Of a stretch of DNA of 55,743 nucleotides, positions 39,423 to 49,105 are shown piece by piece. Both the position numbers and the translations under genes were made by a program. Under the pieces are notes generated by a model that was not told the DNA's origin, did no database searches, and worked only from the letters and a program-made list of their open reading frames with translations. Source of the DNA: Deltaproteobacteria bacterium (GTDB taxonomy: Bacteria > Desulfobacterota > DSM-4660 > Desulfatiglandales > HGW-15); the NCBI GenBank assembly GCA_016930795.1, contig JAFGFY010000069.1:1-55743 (forward strand), in the 5' to 3' direction. Each line of letters opens with the position of its first letter. Position 1 is the stretch's first letter.

Positions 39423-41156
39423 CTATGCCTCCGCCTCCTGTTTAGCGCTCTTGGGAAGAAACACAGTAAATGTGGTTCCTTTCCCTTCCCTGCTATTGAC
39501 CTCGATATGACCGCCCAGCTTCTTGATAATACCGTAAGTAATGGAAAGGCCTAGACCCGTACCGTACCCCTTGCGTCCCGTGAAAAAAGGGTCAAAAATA
39601 CGACTCATGGTCTCTTCCGACATTCCGATGCCGTTGTCCTCTATGGATACTGATACAAGTTCTGGGTCTTGCCGGCGGCTGGTAATGGCAATGCTTCCAC
39701 CATCTTCCACGGCAGAAAAGGCGTTGTTGAGGATGTTGAGAAAGACCTGCTGCAACTGGCCGTGGTCTGAGGAGATCTCCGGAAGTTCTTTATCCAAATT
39801 GAGCCGCACCTCGATGTTGCGATGAAACGCCTCCTTTTCCAGAAAGCCGTACACTTCCTGCACGACTTCGTTCAGGTCTATGGTCTCGATTTCAACATCC
39901 ATGCGACGGGCAAAGCCCAGGAGTCGATGGGTAATCGTGCTACACCGATCCACACAGGCGTTGATCGACTCCGTCAACTTCAGAAATTTCTCTTTTCTTT
40001 CAAAGGTTGGCATGGTCTCGATGAGGTCTTGCAGAAGGCCGGCCTTCTCATTGATAATCGCCATCGGATTATTGATCTCATGGGCGACCCCGGCCGCCAG
40101 TCGACCGACCGATGCCAGTTTGTTCGTGTGCTCGATTTCATGATAGGTCACGAGACGTTCACGGTCAGATATTTCGATCCGTTTAACGAGTATGTCCGTT
40201 ATCTTAAATACAACAAGAAAAATGAGAAGCACGCTGACTATAAAAATGATCAGTATTTCACTTTTCAGTGTGTACCAGGACTTTAAAACCTCACTTCGCG
40301 GTTTTGCCAGCATAAGGACGAACGAAGGGGAGAGAAAGTATTTATAGGCCAGCAGGATTGGATGTCCCTGGGGATCCATCGTTTCCACGACATCCGTCTC
40401 ATAGTTTATGGGAGGCATAGGCATGGGAAACCTCTCCAAAACCTTTCCATAGAACCTTGATGAGGTCTGAAAAACGCCTGAATGGTTCACAATAAAGGCG
40501 TCACTTGATGAATCAAGTCCCATGGAGGCAATGAGACTATTAAACTTCTCCGTGTCGATGGTAGCCCGGAGAATCCAGTTTTCCCCTATTTGGTTTTCCG
40601 TCCGAATGGCGATCACAAAATGGGGAAACTTGCGATATCCCATAAATACCTCGCTGATATGCTCTCCACGAACCGTTACTTCCCTGAACCAGTCATGGTC
40701 CATGTATGTCTTCCCTTCAAGAGAATAGGGACCGACATAGCTCTTTTGCACACCGAAAGAGTCTATTAATCCAAGATCTACAAAACCTCCGAATTTATCT
40801 TTCATGACATGAAAGATACGATTCAGGGTCTTCTGGTCGGATAATTCCTCAAAAGAATAGGCCGAAGCGATGAAACTAACGGCCGAAAGGCGCTCCGTGA
40901 GAAAAAGCTCAAAGGAGTGTTGGGTTTTACTGACCAGGCTCCTCATGGGCGTGATGATCTCACGCCTTAGCGCCTGCTGATACTCATAGTGATTAATGAC
41001 AGCCATCATGACAAGGGGCAATATGGTAACCGCCACCATGATAAGAATCATATTGCGCCTAAGAAGTCTGTAACGCCGAGGAAATTCTTCCTCGCTGGGG
41101 AATCTCACCGGCTCTGCCAAAATAGAAGTGGCTTGATCTGAGTTTCTGTCAGCCAT
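39423..41156 (-). CDS. Sensor histidine kinase with Cache-type domain
   Basis: HISEVFMGYRKFPHFVIA, H-box AHEINNPM, DNGIGM, GTGLGL; start placed at ATG 41156. Confidence 0.92.
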   Translation of the reverse strand: MADRNSDQATSILAEPVRFPSEEEFPRRYRLLRRNMILIMVAVTILPLVMMAVINHYEYQQALRREIITPMRSLVSKTQHSFELFLTERLSAVSFIASAYSFEELSDQKTLNRIFHVMKDKFGGFVDLGLIDSFGVQKSYVGPYSLEGKTYMDHDWFREVTVRGEHISEVFMGYRKFPHFVIAIRTENQIGENWILRATIDTEKFNSLIASMGLDSSSDAFIVNHSGVFQTSSRFYGKVLERFPMPMPPINYETDVVETMDPQGHPILLAYKYFLSPSFVLMLAKPRSEVLKSWYTLKSEILIIFIVSVLLIFLVVFKITDILVKRIEISDRERLVTYHEIEHTNKLASVGRLAAGVAHEINNPMAIINEKAGLLQDLIETMPTFERKEKFLKLTESINACVDRCSTITHRLLGFARRMDVEIETIDLNEVVQEVYGFLEKEAFHRNIEVRLNLDKELPEISSDHGQLQQVFLNILNNAFSAVEDGGSIAITSRRQDPELVSVSIEDNGIGMSEETMSRIFDPFFTGRKGYGTGLGLSITYGIIKKLGGHIEVNSREGKGTTFTVFLPKSAKQEAEA

Positions 41157-41508
41157 GGGATTTCCTTTCCGGCCGATCAAAGAGGATGGACCCGGCCTTA
41201 AGCTTTCCTTGTGCAAAAAGGTTGAGAGCGTGCTCCCAAGACCCCATTACGGAATCCAATACCCTCACCTTCTTCCAGGTAAGATATTCGAAAAATTCTT
41301 CTTCAATTCCGTTACAGATGACCACTTCAATCCCTTCCTTTGAAATCAATTGACACAGATCCTCCGCAGAGGCATGGGCCAGCACGATCGTCCTGTTCTT
41401 CTCAATGCGTCCATCCGCGCCGATAGAGGAAATCATGACTTCGGTGGTCATGTCGAATCGGGGCGCCACAGCATTTTCACATAGGGTAGTCATAACTTTT
41501 TGTGACAT
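41149..41508 (-). CDS. NifB/NifX (dinitrogenase FeMo-cofactor biosynthesis domain)-like small protein
   Basis: VAPRFD and EVVICNGI motifs, 119 aa. Confidence 0.72.
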   Translation of the reverse strand: MSQKVMTTLCENAVAPRFDMTTEVMISSIGADGRIEKNRTIVLAHASAEDLCQLISKEGIEVVICNGIEEEFFEYLTWKKVRVLDSVMGSWEHALNLFAQGKLKAGSILFDRPERKSHG

Positions 41509-41532
41509 TTTTATCGTCTCCCGCCTAAGACA

Positions 41533-42942
41533 CTATGATTGAATCCCATACTGCTTCATTTTTCGCCATAATGTAGACCTGCCCCAGCCTATAAGTTCGG
41601 CGGCTCTACTGCGCCGACCCCTGGCTTTGAGCAAAGCATCAATGATGAGCTGCCGCTCTACAGATGCCCAACTCATGGTGCTCTTCTCCAGAGATGAATT
41701 CGGTCTCGCCGGGGTCGACAAACGGCCTTTCAAACCATTCTTGGTACCGATCATTTCCGTCCCATGATAAAGATAAGTGGGAAGATCCTCCATTCCGATC
41801 ATGTGAGATGAACAGATGCTGGTTGCATACTCCACGATGTTTCTAAGCTCTCGCACATTACCCGGGTAGGCATAATTCAGCACAACATGGCGGGCCTGCC
41901 GTGAGAAATCCTTGACCTTTTTCCCAAAGCGTGTGGAGAAAAGTTTTATAAAGTGATCCAGGAGAAGGTTGATGTCCTCTTCTCTTTCCCTGAGGGGAGG
42001 TAAATGTAGACGAACAACGTTAAGCCTAAAGAGCAGATCCCGGCGAAAAAGCCCCTCTTCAACCATACGTTCCAAATCTCGATTTGTGGCGGCAATGACC
42101 CGAGCATCGGACTGGAAACCATTGGTGCATCCCAATGGATATACGATCTTGTCGTCCAGAAAGGTCAGGAGCTTGGCTTGGAGCGGAAGCGGAAGGTCAC
42201 CGATTTCCGTGAGAAAGAGCGTGCCGTTATGGGCCAACCGCAGGCGTCCCATCTTGTCATTCACGGCCCCTGTAAAAGCCCCTTTCTTATGCCCGAATAG
42301 CTCTGATTCCAATAGAGTCTCCGGTAAGGCCCCACAATTAATCTTGACAAAAGCCCCTTCTGAACGCTCAGAGGCATTATGGACGATTTCCGCGAGCACA
42401 TCTTTGCCCGTGCCTGTCTCCCCGGTAATAAGGAGAGAAGAATCGGTCTGGGCGATTACCGGGACCAACCGGAGTATATCCCTTATTCTCGGGCTTCGAC
42501 CAATAAATTGACTGAAGCTGTCATCAGATTGAGCCTTATCATCACCTCCCTGATGCGCCCTAATGTCTTCCATCGTCTCCAAAAAACCAACAATCCTTCC
42601 TTTGATATCATGCAAGGGCGCGGTCCTCACTCGAACCGGGATTTTTTGACGCCCGCGATTGATGAGGTTTCCTTCAGCGGTCACCGATGAATGGCTCTCC
42701 GTCACTTTGGGTAAAGGGCAATGATAACTGCAAAGGCTGGTTCGCAATACATCTCGGCAGGGGATCCCCCATACCTCATCCCGCGAAAAGCCGCTTAGGG
42801 TTTCCAGGGCACTGTTCATAAATAGGATTCGTCGTTCAAGGTCTGTAATAGCCAACCCCAGGAAGACCTCATCCATGAGGCTGGAGAGTTCCACGGAGGA
42901 GCCGAATAGTTCTCTGATTTTCCCGAATGATCCAGAAGTCAA
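41533..42942 (-). CDS. PAS-domain sigma54 enhancer-binding protein with C-X8-C-X3-C motif (OrpR-like)
   Basis: PAS with CRDVLRTSLCSYHC, GETGTGKD, GAFTGA, YPGNVREL, HTH GWGRSTLWRKMK; Walker B reads LFLTE. Confidence 0.88.
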   Translation of the reverse strand: MTSGSFGKIRELFGSSVELSSLMDEVFLGLAITDLERRILFMNSALETLSGFSRDEVWGIPCRDVLRTSLCSYHCPLPKVTESHSSVTAEGNLINRGRQKIPVRVRTAPLHDIKGRIVGFLETMEDIRAHQGGDDKAQSDDSFSQFIGRSPRIRDILRLVPVIAQTDSSLLITGETGTGKDVLAEIVHNASERSEGAFVKINCGALPETLLESELFGHKKGAFTGAVNDKMGRLRLAHNGTLFLTEIGDLPLPLQAKLLTFLDDKIVYPLGCTNGFQSDARVIAATNRDLERMVEEGLFRRDLLFRLNVVRLHLPPLREREEDINLLLDHFIKLFSTRFGKKVKDFSRQARHVVLNYAYPGNVRELRNIVEYATSICSSHMIGMEDLPTYLYHGTEMIGTKNGLKGRLSTPARPNSSLEKSTMSWASVERQLIIDALLKARGRRSRAAELIGWGRSTLWRKMKQYGIQS

Positions 42943-43123
42943 TACGTTCCCCTTCTTCCTAAAGATGATTCATCTTATTTATGTTTATGTGCGTTGATTT
43001 AAATAAAAATTATCTTTTATAATTTAAAGCCTATAAGTTTTGGAATGAGTACATCTCGAGACATTCTTTAGCATTGATAATGTTTCATATCAAGGCATTA
43101 TAAAACAAATGTTTGAGCTGTGA

Positions 43124-44092
43124 TCATCCGGCAATCACGTGGGTGCCGGCGTTTCCTTCGACGGCTTTCTCGATGTCTTTCAAATGGGTAATGACGGCTT
43201 TCTCGCCCCCGTTGGCAATAAAAGAGATACAGGCATGCACCTTTGGGCCCATGGACCCCGGCGGAAATTCGCCGTTTTCCAGATAATCCTTGGCCTGACT
43301 GACAGTGAGGGTGGGCAGGAAGGTCTGGTCCGCAGTCCCGTAATGAAGTGCAACACCCTTTTCATCAGTCGCAATGACAAATATATCCACACCCACCTCT
43401 TCGGCCAGTTTGGCGCTGGCCAGGTCCTTATCGATAACAGCATCCACACCGCTAAAACGCCTGCCTTCCCTGACTACGGGGATGCCGCCGCCGCCGCAGC
43501 AGATGACGATAAAATCCATTGAGATCAGTCTGCTGATCTCCCGTTTTTCAACAATGGTTACCGGGTTGGGCGATACAACCAGGCGACGGTAACCTTTAGC
43601 CGTTTTGCGGATCGGGTAGGGCTGGGCCTTTGCCTGTCTTTCGGTAAAAACCGGTCCTATAGGTTTCGATGGGGCCTTAAAAGCCGGATCTTTTTCATCA
43701 ACAACAACGTATGTGATGACAGTGATAAGTGGCTGTATCTCGTCAATACCGAGTGCCGTTAATTCGCTGTCCAGGGTGGATTCAATCATGTACCCGATCT
43801 GCCCTTGGGTTTGAGCGACAAGGATCTCAAGAGGCAGTCGCGGTAAGGCATCGCAACACTCTTGTTGGAGCATCAGATTGCCGACCTGGGGACCGTTGCC
43901 ATGAGTGATGATCAACCGGTATTCGCGGGATAATTTTCCCAGTTGACTCATAGGTATCTTTAGGTTGTCGAATTGCTCCTCAATGGTCCCGTCCTGCCCC
44001 TTCCGAATCAAGGCGTTCCCACCTAACGCGACAAGTAATGTTTTTTTTCTTTGTGGCATATTGATCGACCCCGTTGGTTCAATTCTTGACAT
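43124..44092 (-). CDS. arcC: Carbamate kinase
   Basis: VALGGNAL, THGNGPQVG, PSKPIGP, GGGGIPV, AVIDKDLAS, GSMGPKV; start may be ATG 44059. Confidence 0.93.
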   Translation of the reverse strand: MSRIEPTGSINMPQRKKTLLVALGGNALIRKGQDGTIEEQFDNLKIPMSQLGKLSREYRLIITHGNGPQVGNLMLQQECCDALPRLPLEILVAQTQGQIGYMIESTLDSELTALGIDEIQPLITVITYVVVDEKDPAFKAPSKPIGPVFTERQAKAQPYPIRKTAKGYRRLVVSPNPVTIVEKREISRLISMDFIVICCGGGGIPVVREGRRFSGVDAVIDKDLASAKLAEEVGVDIFVIATDEKGVALHYGTADQTFLPTLTVSQAKDYLENGEFPPGSMGPKVHACISFIANGGEKAVITHLKDIEKAVEGNAGTHVIAG

Positions 44093-44124
44093 AAAGACTC
44101 AGGTGGACGGGCGCGACCTGTTAG

Positions 44125-44227
44125 TGTCGTGTCTCAGAAATAGCTTTCATAATTTTATTAGGTTCTATGACACTTTTGAGTCTTTACCGAAGGCACATAT
44201 TATTCAAGTTAATTCTGAGACACGACA
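44125..44227. mobile_element. MITE-like 103-bp element with perfect 15-bp terminal inverted repeats
   Basis: tgtcgtgtctcagaa (44125-44139) and ttctgagacacgaca (44213-44227) around an AT-rich core. Confidence 0.6.
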
Positions 44228-44233
44228 ATATCT

Positions 44234-45568
44234 TTAACTGTCTAATGCCAGGCGTTTTCTTAGGACATCCGCCAAGGTCGGGCCGTCACCATAATCCCGG
44301 TACTCATAGCGGATACGTACCGTCGGTTTATTGATCTTGATAAGCCTCGGCAGGTCGATTGGTGTTGCGAACAACACCAGATCGCAGTCGCAGTTGTTAA
44401 TGGTTGTCTCAAGGTCCTTGATCTGCCGCCGGCTGTATCCCATAGCGGGTAATACATCTTTCACTTGGGGATACTTGGCAAAGGTCTCCGCGATACTGCC
44501 GACAGCGTGCGGTTTTGGCCCTACAATTTCTCTTGCGCCCAGGCGTTGTGCGGCAATGGTGCCGGCGCCGAAGGACATCTCGCCATGTGTGAGGGTCGGG
44601 CCCTCTTCTACGATCAAAACGCGTTTGTCCCTAATGAGTTCCGGTTGATCCGCGGTTATCAGGGATTCCGCATGAATGATGGTCGCGTCAGAATTATTCC
44701 TGCGGATATTCTCCTCAACCCGCGTGATCTGCTCTTTAGTCGCGCTGTCTACTTTATTGATGACGGCGGCGTGGGCCATGAGCATATTGATTTCTCCCGG
44801 AAAGTACAACAATTCATGTCCGCCGCGATGTGGATCGAAAACGGTGACGTGGAGATTGGGGTAGTAGAATGGCGTATCGTTGTTGCCGCCGTCCCATACG
44901 ATGACATCTGCTTCTTCTTCTGCTTTACGAAGGATCTGTTCATAGTCAACACCCGCATAGACAACGATGCCGCGGTCAACAAGCGGTTCATACTCTTCGC
45001 GTTCTTCAATGGTGCAATTGTGTTTGTCAAAATCGTCATAGGAAAAAAATCGTTGAACAACCTGTTTGGTCAGGTCGCCATAAGGCATGGGGTGACGAAT
45101 GACGACAACCCGTTTCCCCGTTTTTTGAAGGATATCGCAGATATGGCGTGTAGTCTGTGATTTTCCGCACCCCGTTCGCACGGCACATACGGCGACCACG
45201 GGTTTTACCGGTCGAAGCATGGTATAGGTGGTGCCGATCAGAATGAAGTCTGCTCCTGCGGCCATGGCGGCCGAAGCCTTATGCATGACGTCGACATGGG
45301 CTATATCGCTGTATGAAAACGCAACCAGGTCGACCTTATTGTCACGGATCAATGGTATAAGGCCGGCTTCGGGAAAGATGGGAATTCCATCCGGATAACC
45401 CTGCCCGCATAATTCAGCCGGGTAGCGACGTCCGTCAATGTCGGGGATCTGAGTGGCGGTAAACGCAATGACACGGTACCGCGGGTTGTTTCTAAAATAG
45501 ACATTAAAATTATGGAAATCGCGCCCTGCGGCGCCCATGATAATGACTTTCTCAATCATTGCTGTCAC
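44234..45568 (-). CDS. Arginine synthetase-like P-loop NTPase (ArcE / cyclic-2,3-diphosphoglycerate-synthetase-like family)
   Basis: MGAAGRDFHNFN, AFTATQIP, RTGCGKSQ, RHPMPYGDL, TIEEREEYE, WDGGNND, GPTLTHG; flanked by arcC and rocD; likely start ATG 45559. Confidence 0.8.
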   Translation of the reverse strand: MTAMIEKVIIMGAAGRDFHNFNVYFRNNPRYRVIAFTATQIPDIDGRRYPAELCGQGYPDGIPIFPEAGLIPLIRDNKVDLVAFSYSDIAHVDVMHKASAAMAAGADFILIGTTYTMLRPVKPVVAVCAVRTGCGKSQTTRHICDILQKTGKRVVVIRHPMPYGDLTKQVVQRFFSYDDFDKHNCTIEEREEYEPLVDRGIVVYAGVDYEQILRKAEEEADVIVWDGGNNDTPFYYPNLHVTVFDPHRGGHELLYFPGEINMLMAHAAVINKVDSATKEQITRVEENIRRNNSDATIIHAESLITADQPELIRDKRVLIVEEGPTLTHGEMSFGAGTIAAQRLGAREIVGPKPHAVGSIAETFAKYPQVKDVLPAMGYSRRQIKDLETTINNCDCDLVLFATPIDLPRLIKINKPTVRIRYEYRDYGDGPTLADVLRKRLALDS

Positions 45569-45653
45569 CTATCATCTATTCATTCTCAGCCTCTTTGGAG
45601 GTGGGTAGACAATGCATGAATGCCTTTTTTGAATCAGATAAAGCCAGCCGTTT

Positions 45654-46856
45654 TTATGGTGCCTTTAAAATTTTTTCGATTCGTTCAAGTGCCCAGTCAA
45701 CATCTTTCCGGGTAATGACCAAAGGGGGTGCGAAACGAATTGTATCTTTATGGGTATCTTTGCACAGCAGGCCTTCCTCTATGAGTTTATAGCAGTACTG
45801 GCGTACGCCGCCGGCCTCGGGGTAGAATTCAACGGCTATCATCAGGCCTCTACCGCGGATTTCTTTGATCAAGGGATTTTTAATCTGCTTGAGGCCCTCA
45901 AGGAAATAAGCCCCCATTTCAGCCGAGTTTTCAACCATGTGTTCTTCTAGCAAAACTTTAAGTGCCGCTCTGGATACAGCACAAGCCAGAGGATTACCGC
46001 CAAAGGTGCTGCCGTGCTCACCGGGTTTCAGCGTTCCGAGGACTTCAGAGTTAGAAAGAACGGCCGAAACCGGGTAAAAACCACCGGACAATGCTTTACC
46101 AACCAACGTGATGTCCGCTTCGATGCCTTCATGTTCTTCGGCCAACAATTTTCCGGTGCGTCCAAGGCCTGTCTGGATCTCATCTAAAACCAGGACCACA
46201 TTTTCTTTTTCACATATTTCCTTGGCCTGTTTCAGATAGCCGTCCGGTGGAATATTCACACCGGCTTCGCCCTGAATAGGTTCGACTAAAAAGGCCACCG
46301 TATTTGGCGTAATGGCGTCTTGAAAAGCTTTGGCATTCCCGAACGGAATAATCTTAAATCCAGGGGTAAAGGGACCGAATTCTTTGCGAGCCGTCGGGTC
46401 GGTGCTGAAACCGATGATGGTAATGGTGCGGCCATGGAAATTATTGGAGCATACGATGATTTCAGCTTTATCCTCAAGCACGCCTTTGACTTGATAGCCC
46501 CATTTTCTGACGGCCTTGATAACGGATTCCACAGCTTCGGCGCCGCTGTTCATGAGTAAAACTTTGTGGGTATGAGTCATTTCGCAAATCTCCTCGTAGA
46601 GTAGACCGAGTTGGTCATTGCGAAACGCGCGCGAAGTCAAGGTGAGTTTTTTAGCCTGTTCAAACATGGCGGCCATGATTTTCGGGTGGCAGTGGCCCTG
46701 GTTAAGAGCTGAGTAGGCTGACAGACAGTCCATGTATCGGTTACCTTCAACATCCCATACCCATATCCCTTGGCCTCTATGTATTACGACATCAAACGGT
46801 TCATAGTTATGGGCGCCATAGGTCTCTTCCAGATCGATAAATCGATTTTTTCTCAT
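45654..46856 (-). CDS. rocD: Ornithine--oxo-acid aminotransferase
   Basis: [67 protein letters not shown]. Confidence 0.93.
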   Translation of the reverse strand: MRKNRFIDLEETYGAHNYEPFDVVIHRGQGIWVWDVEGNRYMDCLSAYSALNQGHCHPKIMAAMFEQAKKLTLTSRAFRNDQLGLLYEEICEMTHTHKVLLMNSGAEAVESVIKAVRKWGYQVKGVLEDKAEIIVCSNNFHGRTITIIGFSTDPTARKEFGPFTPGFKIIPFGNAKAFQDAITPNTVAFLVEPIQGEAGVNIPPDGYLKQAKEICEKENVVLVLDEIQTGLGRTGKLLAEEHEGIEADITLVGKALSGGFYPVSAVLSNSEVLGTLKPGEHGSTFGGNPLACAVSRAALKVLLEEHMVENSAEMGAYFLEGLKQIKNPLIKEIRGRGLMIAVEFYPEAGGVRQYCYKLIEEGLLCKDTHKDTIRFAPPLVITRKDVDWALERIEKILKAP

Positions 46857-47084
46857 GGGTCATTCCTTTACAAGTCAGATTTGGGTTAGTCTTCCTGTAC
46901 TGTCAAATTTTGAATTGCTCTATGAGGTTAACTCCTCATATCACCTTGTAACGGTGTAGAGCTGTTCACACACCTGGAGTTCTTCTGCGACCCCTATGTG
47001 AAAGACAGTTATCTATACGACAATGACTGGTGTTCCTATATACCATCTCTAGTCTCAAAAAGCGATCGACAGATCATGGCGGAC

Positions 47085-47212
47085 ATAGAAAGGTAGCTGT
47101 TTCTGAAATCCCTCACCGATTTTTGGGGCCGATCCCATGGATGATTGAGGTGGCGGTGATTCTGCACGCGGTTTTCCGGAATTGGGTGGATTTTTTCATC
47201 ATCCTTTTTTGG
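47085..47212 (+). pseudogene. Remnant of a plasma-membrane-type H+ P-type ATPase N-terminus
   Basis: LKSLTDFWG then, one base out of frame, GPIPWMIEVAVIL..NWVDFFIIL, matching the FWGPIPWMIE motif of type IIIA P-ATPases. Confidence 0.6.
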
Positions 47213-47460
47213 CCTTCCATTTTGGGCTCGCTAAAAAACGTCCACAATATCATGAGGGGATTTATTTATTGGAATACGGACCAGAATTCAACTATACTCA
47301 CACCACATAGTGCAATCTATTACAGTGCAGACTAATGTCTGAAACACTCAATCATGATATTATCTTAATAATCTTTATAACACAGTTTTTACGAACAGAT
47401 TATAAATGATAGAATCTATTTCAGATATTTTTTTCAACTCAACGTCCGGGGAGATATATT

Positions 47461-49074
47461 ATGGAACTTATTGATTTAACGCCTGAATATGGACTAGGGT
47501 ATCTCGGGCTGCACCATCTGGCTGAGGTGTATTGGAACCTTTCAACCCCGGCTCTATATGAACATGCCATACAGCGCTATGAGGGGCAGATCTCTCATCT
47601 GGGGCCATTGGTTGTTTGTATGGGACAGCATACCGGTCGTGCTGCCAAGGACAAGTATATTGTAGATGAACCCATAACGACAAATGACATCTGGTGGGGC
47701 AAGACTAATGTCAAATACCCGGAAGCAAGATTCAACGCCCTGCTTAACCGCATGACTGCCTATCTGAGGGGAAAAACAGTCTTTGTTCAGGACTGCTATG
47801 CAGGAGCGGAAAGTCAGTATCGCCAGTCTGTAAGGGTAATCAATGAACATGCCTGGCATAATCTGTTTGCCAGAAACATGTTTATTCGGAAACCCACCGC
47901 CCAGGATGTTATCAAGAAGTTTAGGCCTGATTTTACGGTGCTTCAATGTCCTAGCTTTAACTCTGATCCGGATGAAGATGGTACCCGCAGCGGGACTTTT
48001 GTAGCCATAAATGTGGGCAGAAAAATCATTCTCATAGGCGGGACGGCTTATGCTGGCGAAATCAAGAAATCGATTTTTTCCGCGCTTAACTTTCTGTTGC
48101 CGGGGAAGGATGTCCTTTCCATGCATTGTTCGGCAAATGTCAATAAAAACGATCCCAATGATGTAGCTATCTTCTTTGGCCTCTCAGGCACAGGGAAAAC
48201 AACCCTCTCCGCTGATCCGAAGAGGCTGCTCATAGGTGATGACGAGCATGGATGGTCTGATAACGGAGTATTCAATTTTGAAGGTGGCTGTTACGCCAAA
48301 GTCATTCGTCTTTCAAAGGAAGCTGAGCCGGAAATTTATGAATGTACCCGCCGTTTCGGCACAATCCTGGAAAATGTGACCATTAATCCGGCTACACACC
48401 GCGTAGACCTAGATGATGACAGCCTGACCGAGAACACCCGGGCTTCCTATCCAATAAAACACCTCCCTAATATCGTAGAATCAGGAGTCGCCGGTTATCC
48501 CCGTAATGTCATCATGCTGACAGCGGATGCTTTCGGCGTGCTTCCTCCTATCGCCAGACTCACACCCAATCAGGCAATGTATCACTTTATCAGCGGGTAT
48601 ACGGCAAAGGTTGCCGGTACGGAAAAAGGTATAATCGAACCCCTTGCCACATTCAGCGCCTGCTTTGGAGCTCCATTCATGATGCGCCATCCCTCCGTGT
48701 ATGCCCAGTTGCTGGCAGATAGAATCGAAAAGCACAAGGCCCAATGTTGGCTTGTAAACACCGGCTGGACCGGAGGTCCTTATGGTATTGGATCCCGCAT
48801 GAAGATTCAATACACGCGGGCATTGCTGGATGCCGCCCTCGATAAGTCCCTTAATGATGTGGACACGCGGACTGATCCCATATTCGGATTCCAGGTGCCT
48901 GTCTCCGCTCCGGGAATACCGGCTGATATCTTGGATCCTAGAAAGACATGGTCCAACCCTTCTGAATATGATATTCAAGCTAAAAAACTCGCGCTTCTGT
49001 TCCATGAGAACTTTGAGCAGTTCAAGGCACAAACACCACAAGATGTAATTGGGGCCGGACCCAAAAACGGTTGA
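47461..49074 (+). CDS. pckA: Phosphoenolpyruvate carboxykinase (ATP)
   Basis: YAGEIKKS, MHCSAN, FFGLSGTGKTTLSADP, LIGDDEHGW, FNFEGGCYAK, TENTRASYP, NTGWTGG. Confidence 0.96.
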   Translation: MELIDLTPEYGLGYLGLHHLAEVYWNLSTPALYEHAIQRYEGQISHLGPLVVCMGQHTGRAAKDKYIVDEPITTNDIWWGKTNVKYPEARFNALLNRMTAYLRGKTVFVQDCYAGAESQYRQSVRVINEHAWHNLFARNMFIRKPTAQDVIKKFRPDFTVLQCPSFNSDPDEDGTRSGTFVAINVGRKIILIGGTAYAGEIKKSIFSALNFLLPGKDVLSMHCSANVNKNDPNDVAIFFGLSGTGKTTLSADPKRLLIGDDEHGWSDNGVFNFEGGCYAKVIRLSKEAEPEIYECTRRFGTILENVTINPATHRVDLDDDSLTENTRASYPIKHLPNIVESGVAGYPRNVIMLTADAFGVLPPIARLTPNQAMYHFISGYTAKVAGTEKGIIEPLATFSACFGAPFMMRHPSVYAQLLADRIEKHKAQCWLVNTGWTGGPYGIGSRMKIQYTRALLDAALDKSLNDVDTRTDPIFGFQVPVSAPGIPADILDPRKTWSNPSEYDIQAKKLALLFHENFEQFKAQTPQDVIGAGPKNG

Positions 49075-49105
49075 TTTTATTTGGAGATTTCACTGTAAAA
49101 TAAAT

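Noticed and set aside
44234-45568. Annotation as cyclic 2,3-diphosphoglycerate synthetase
   Set aside because: No 2-phosphoglycerate kinase is nearby, and the arcC/rocD context fits arginine metabolism better.
387-46559. Numerous plus-strand and alternative-frame ORFs of 60-256 aa in the track (e.g. 10577-11299, 23609-24379, 44465-45160)
   Set aside because: They lie antisense to or inside well-supported genes and show no recognisable motifs; treated as shadow ORFs.
47030-47335. 101-aa ORF as a real gene
   Set aside because: Only a short internal stretch resembles a P-type ATPase and it is frameshifted.
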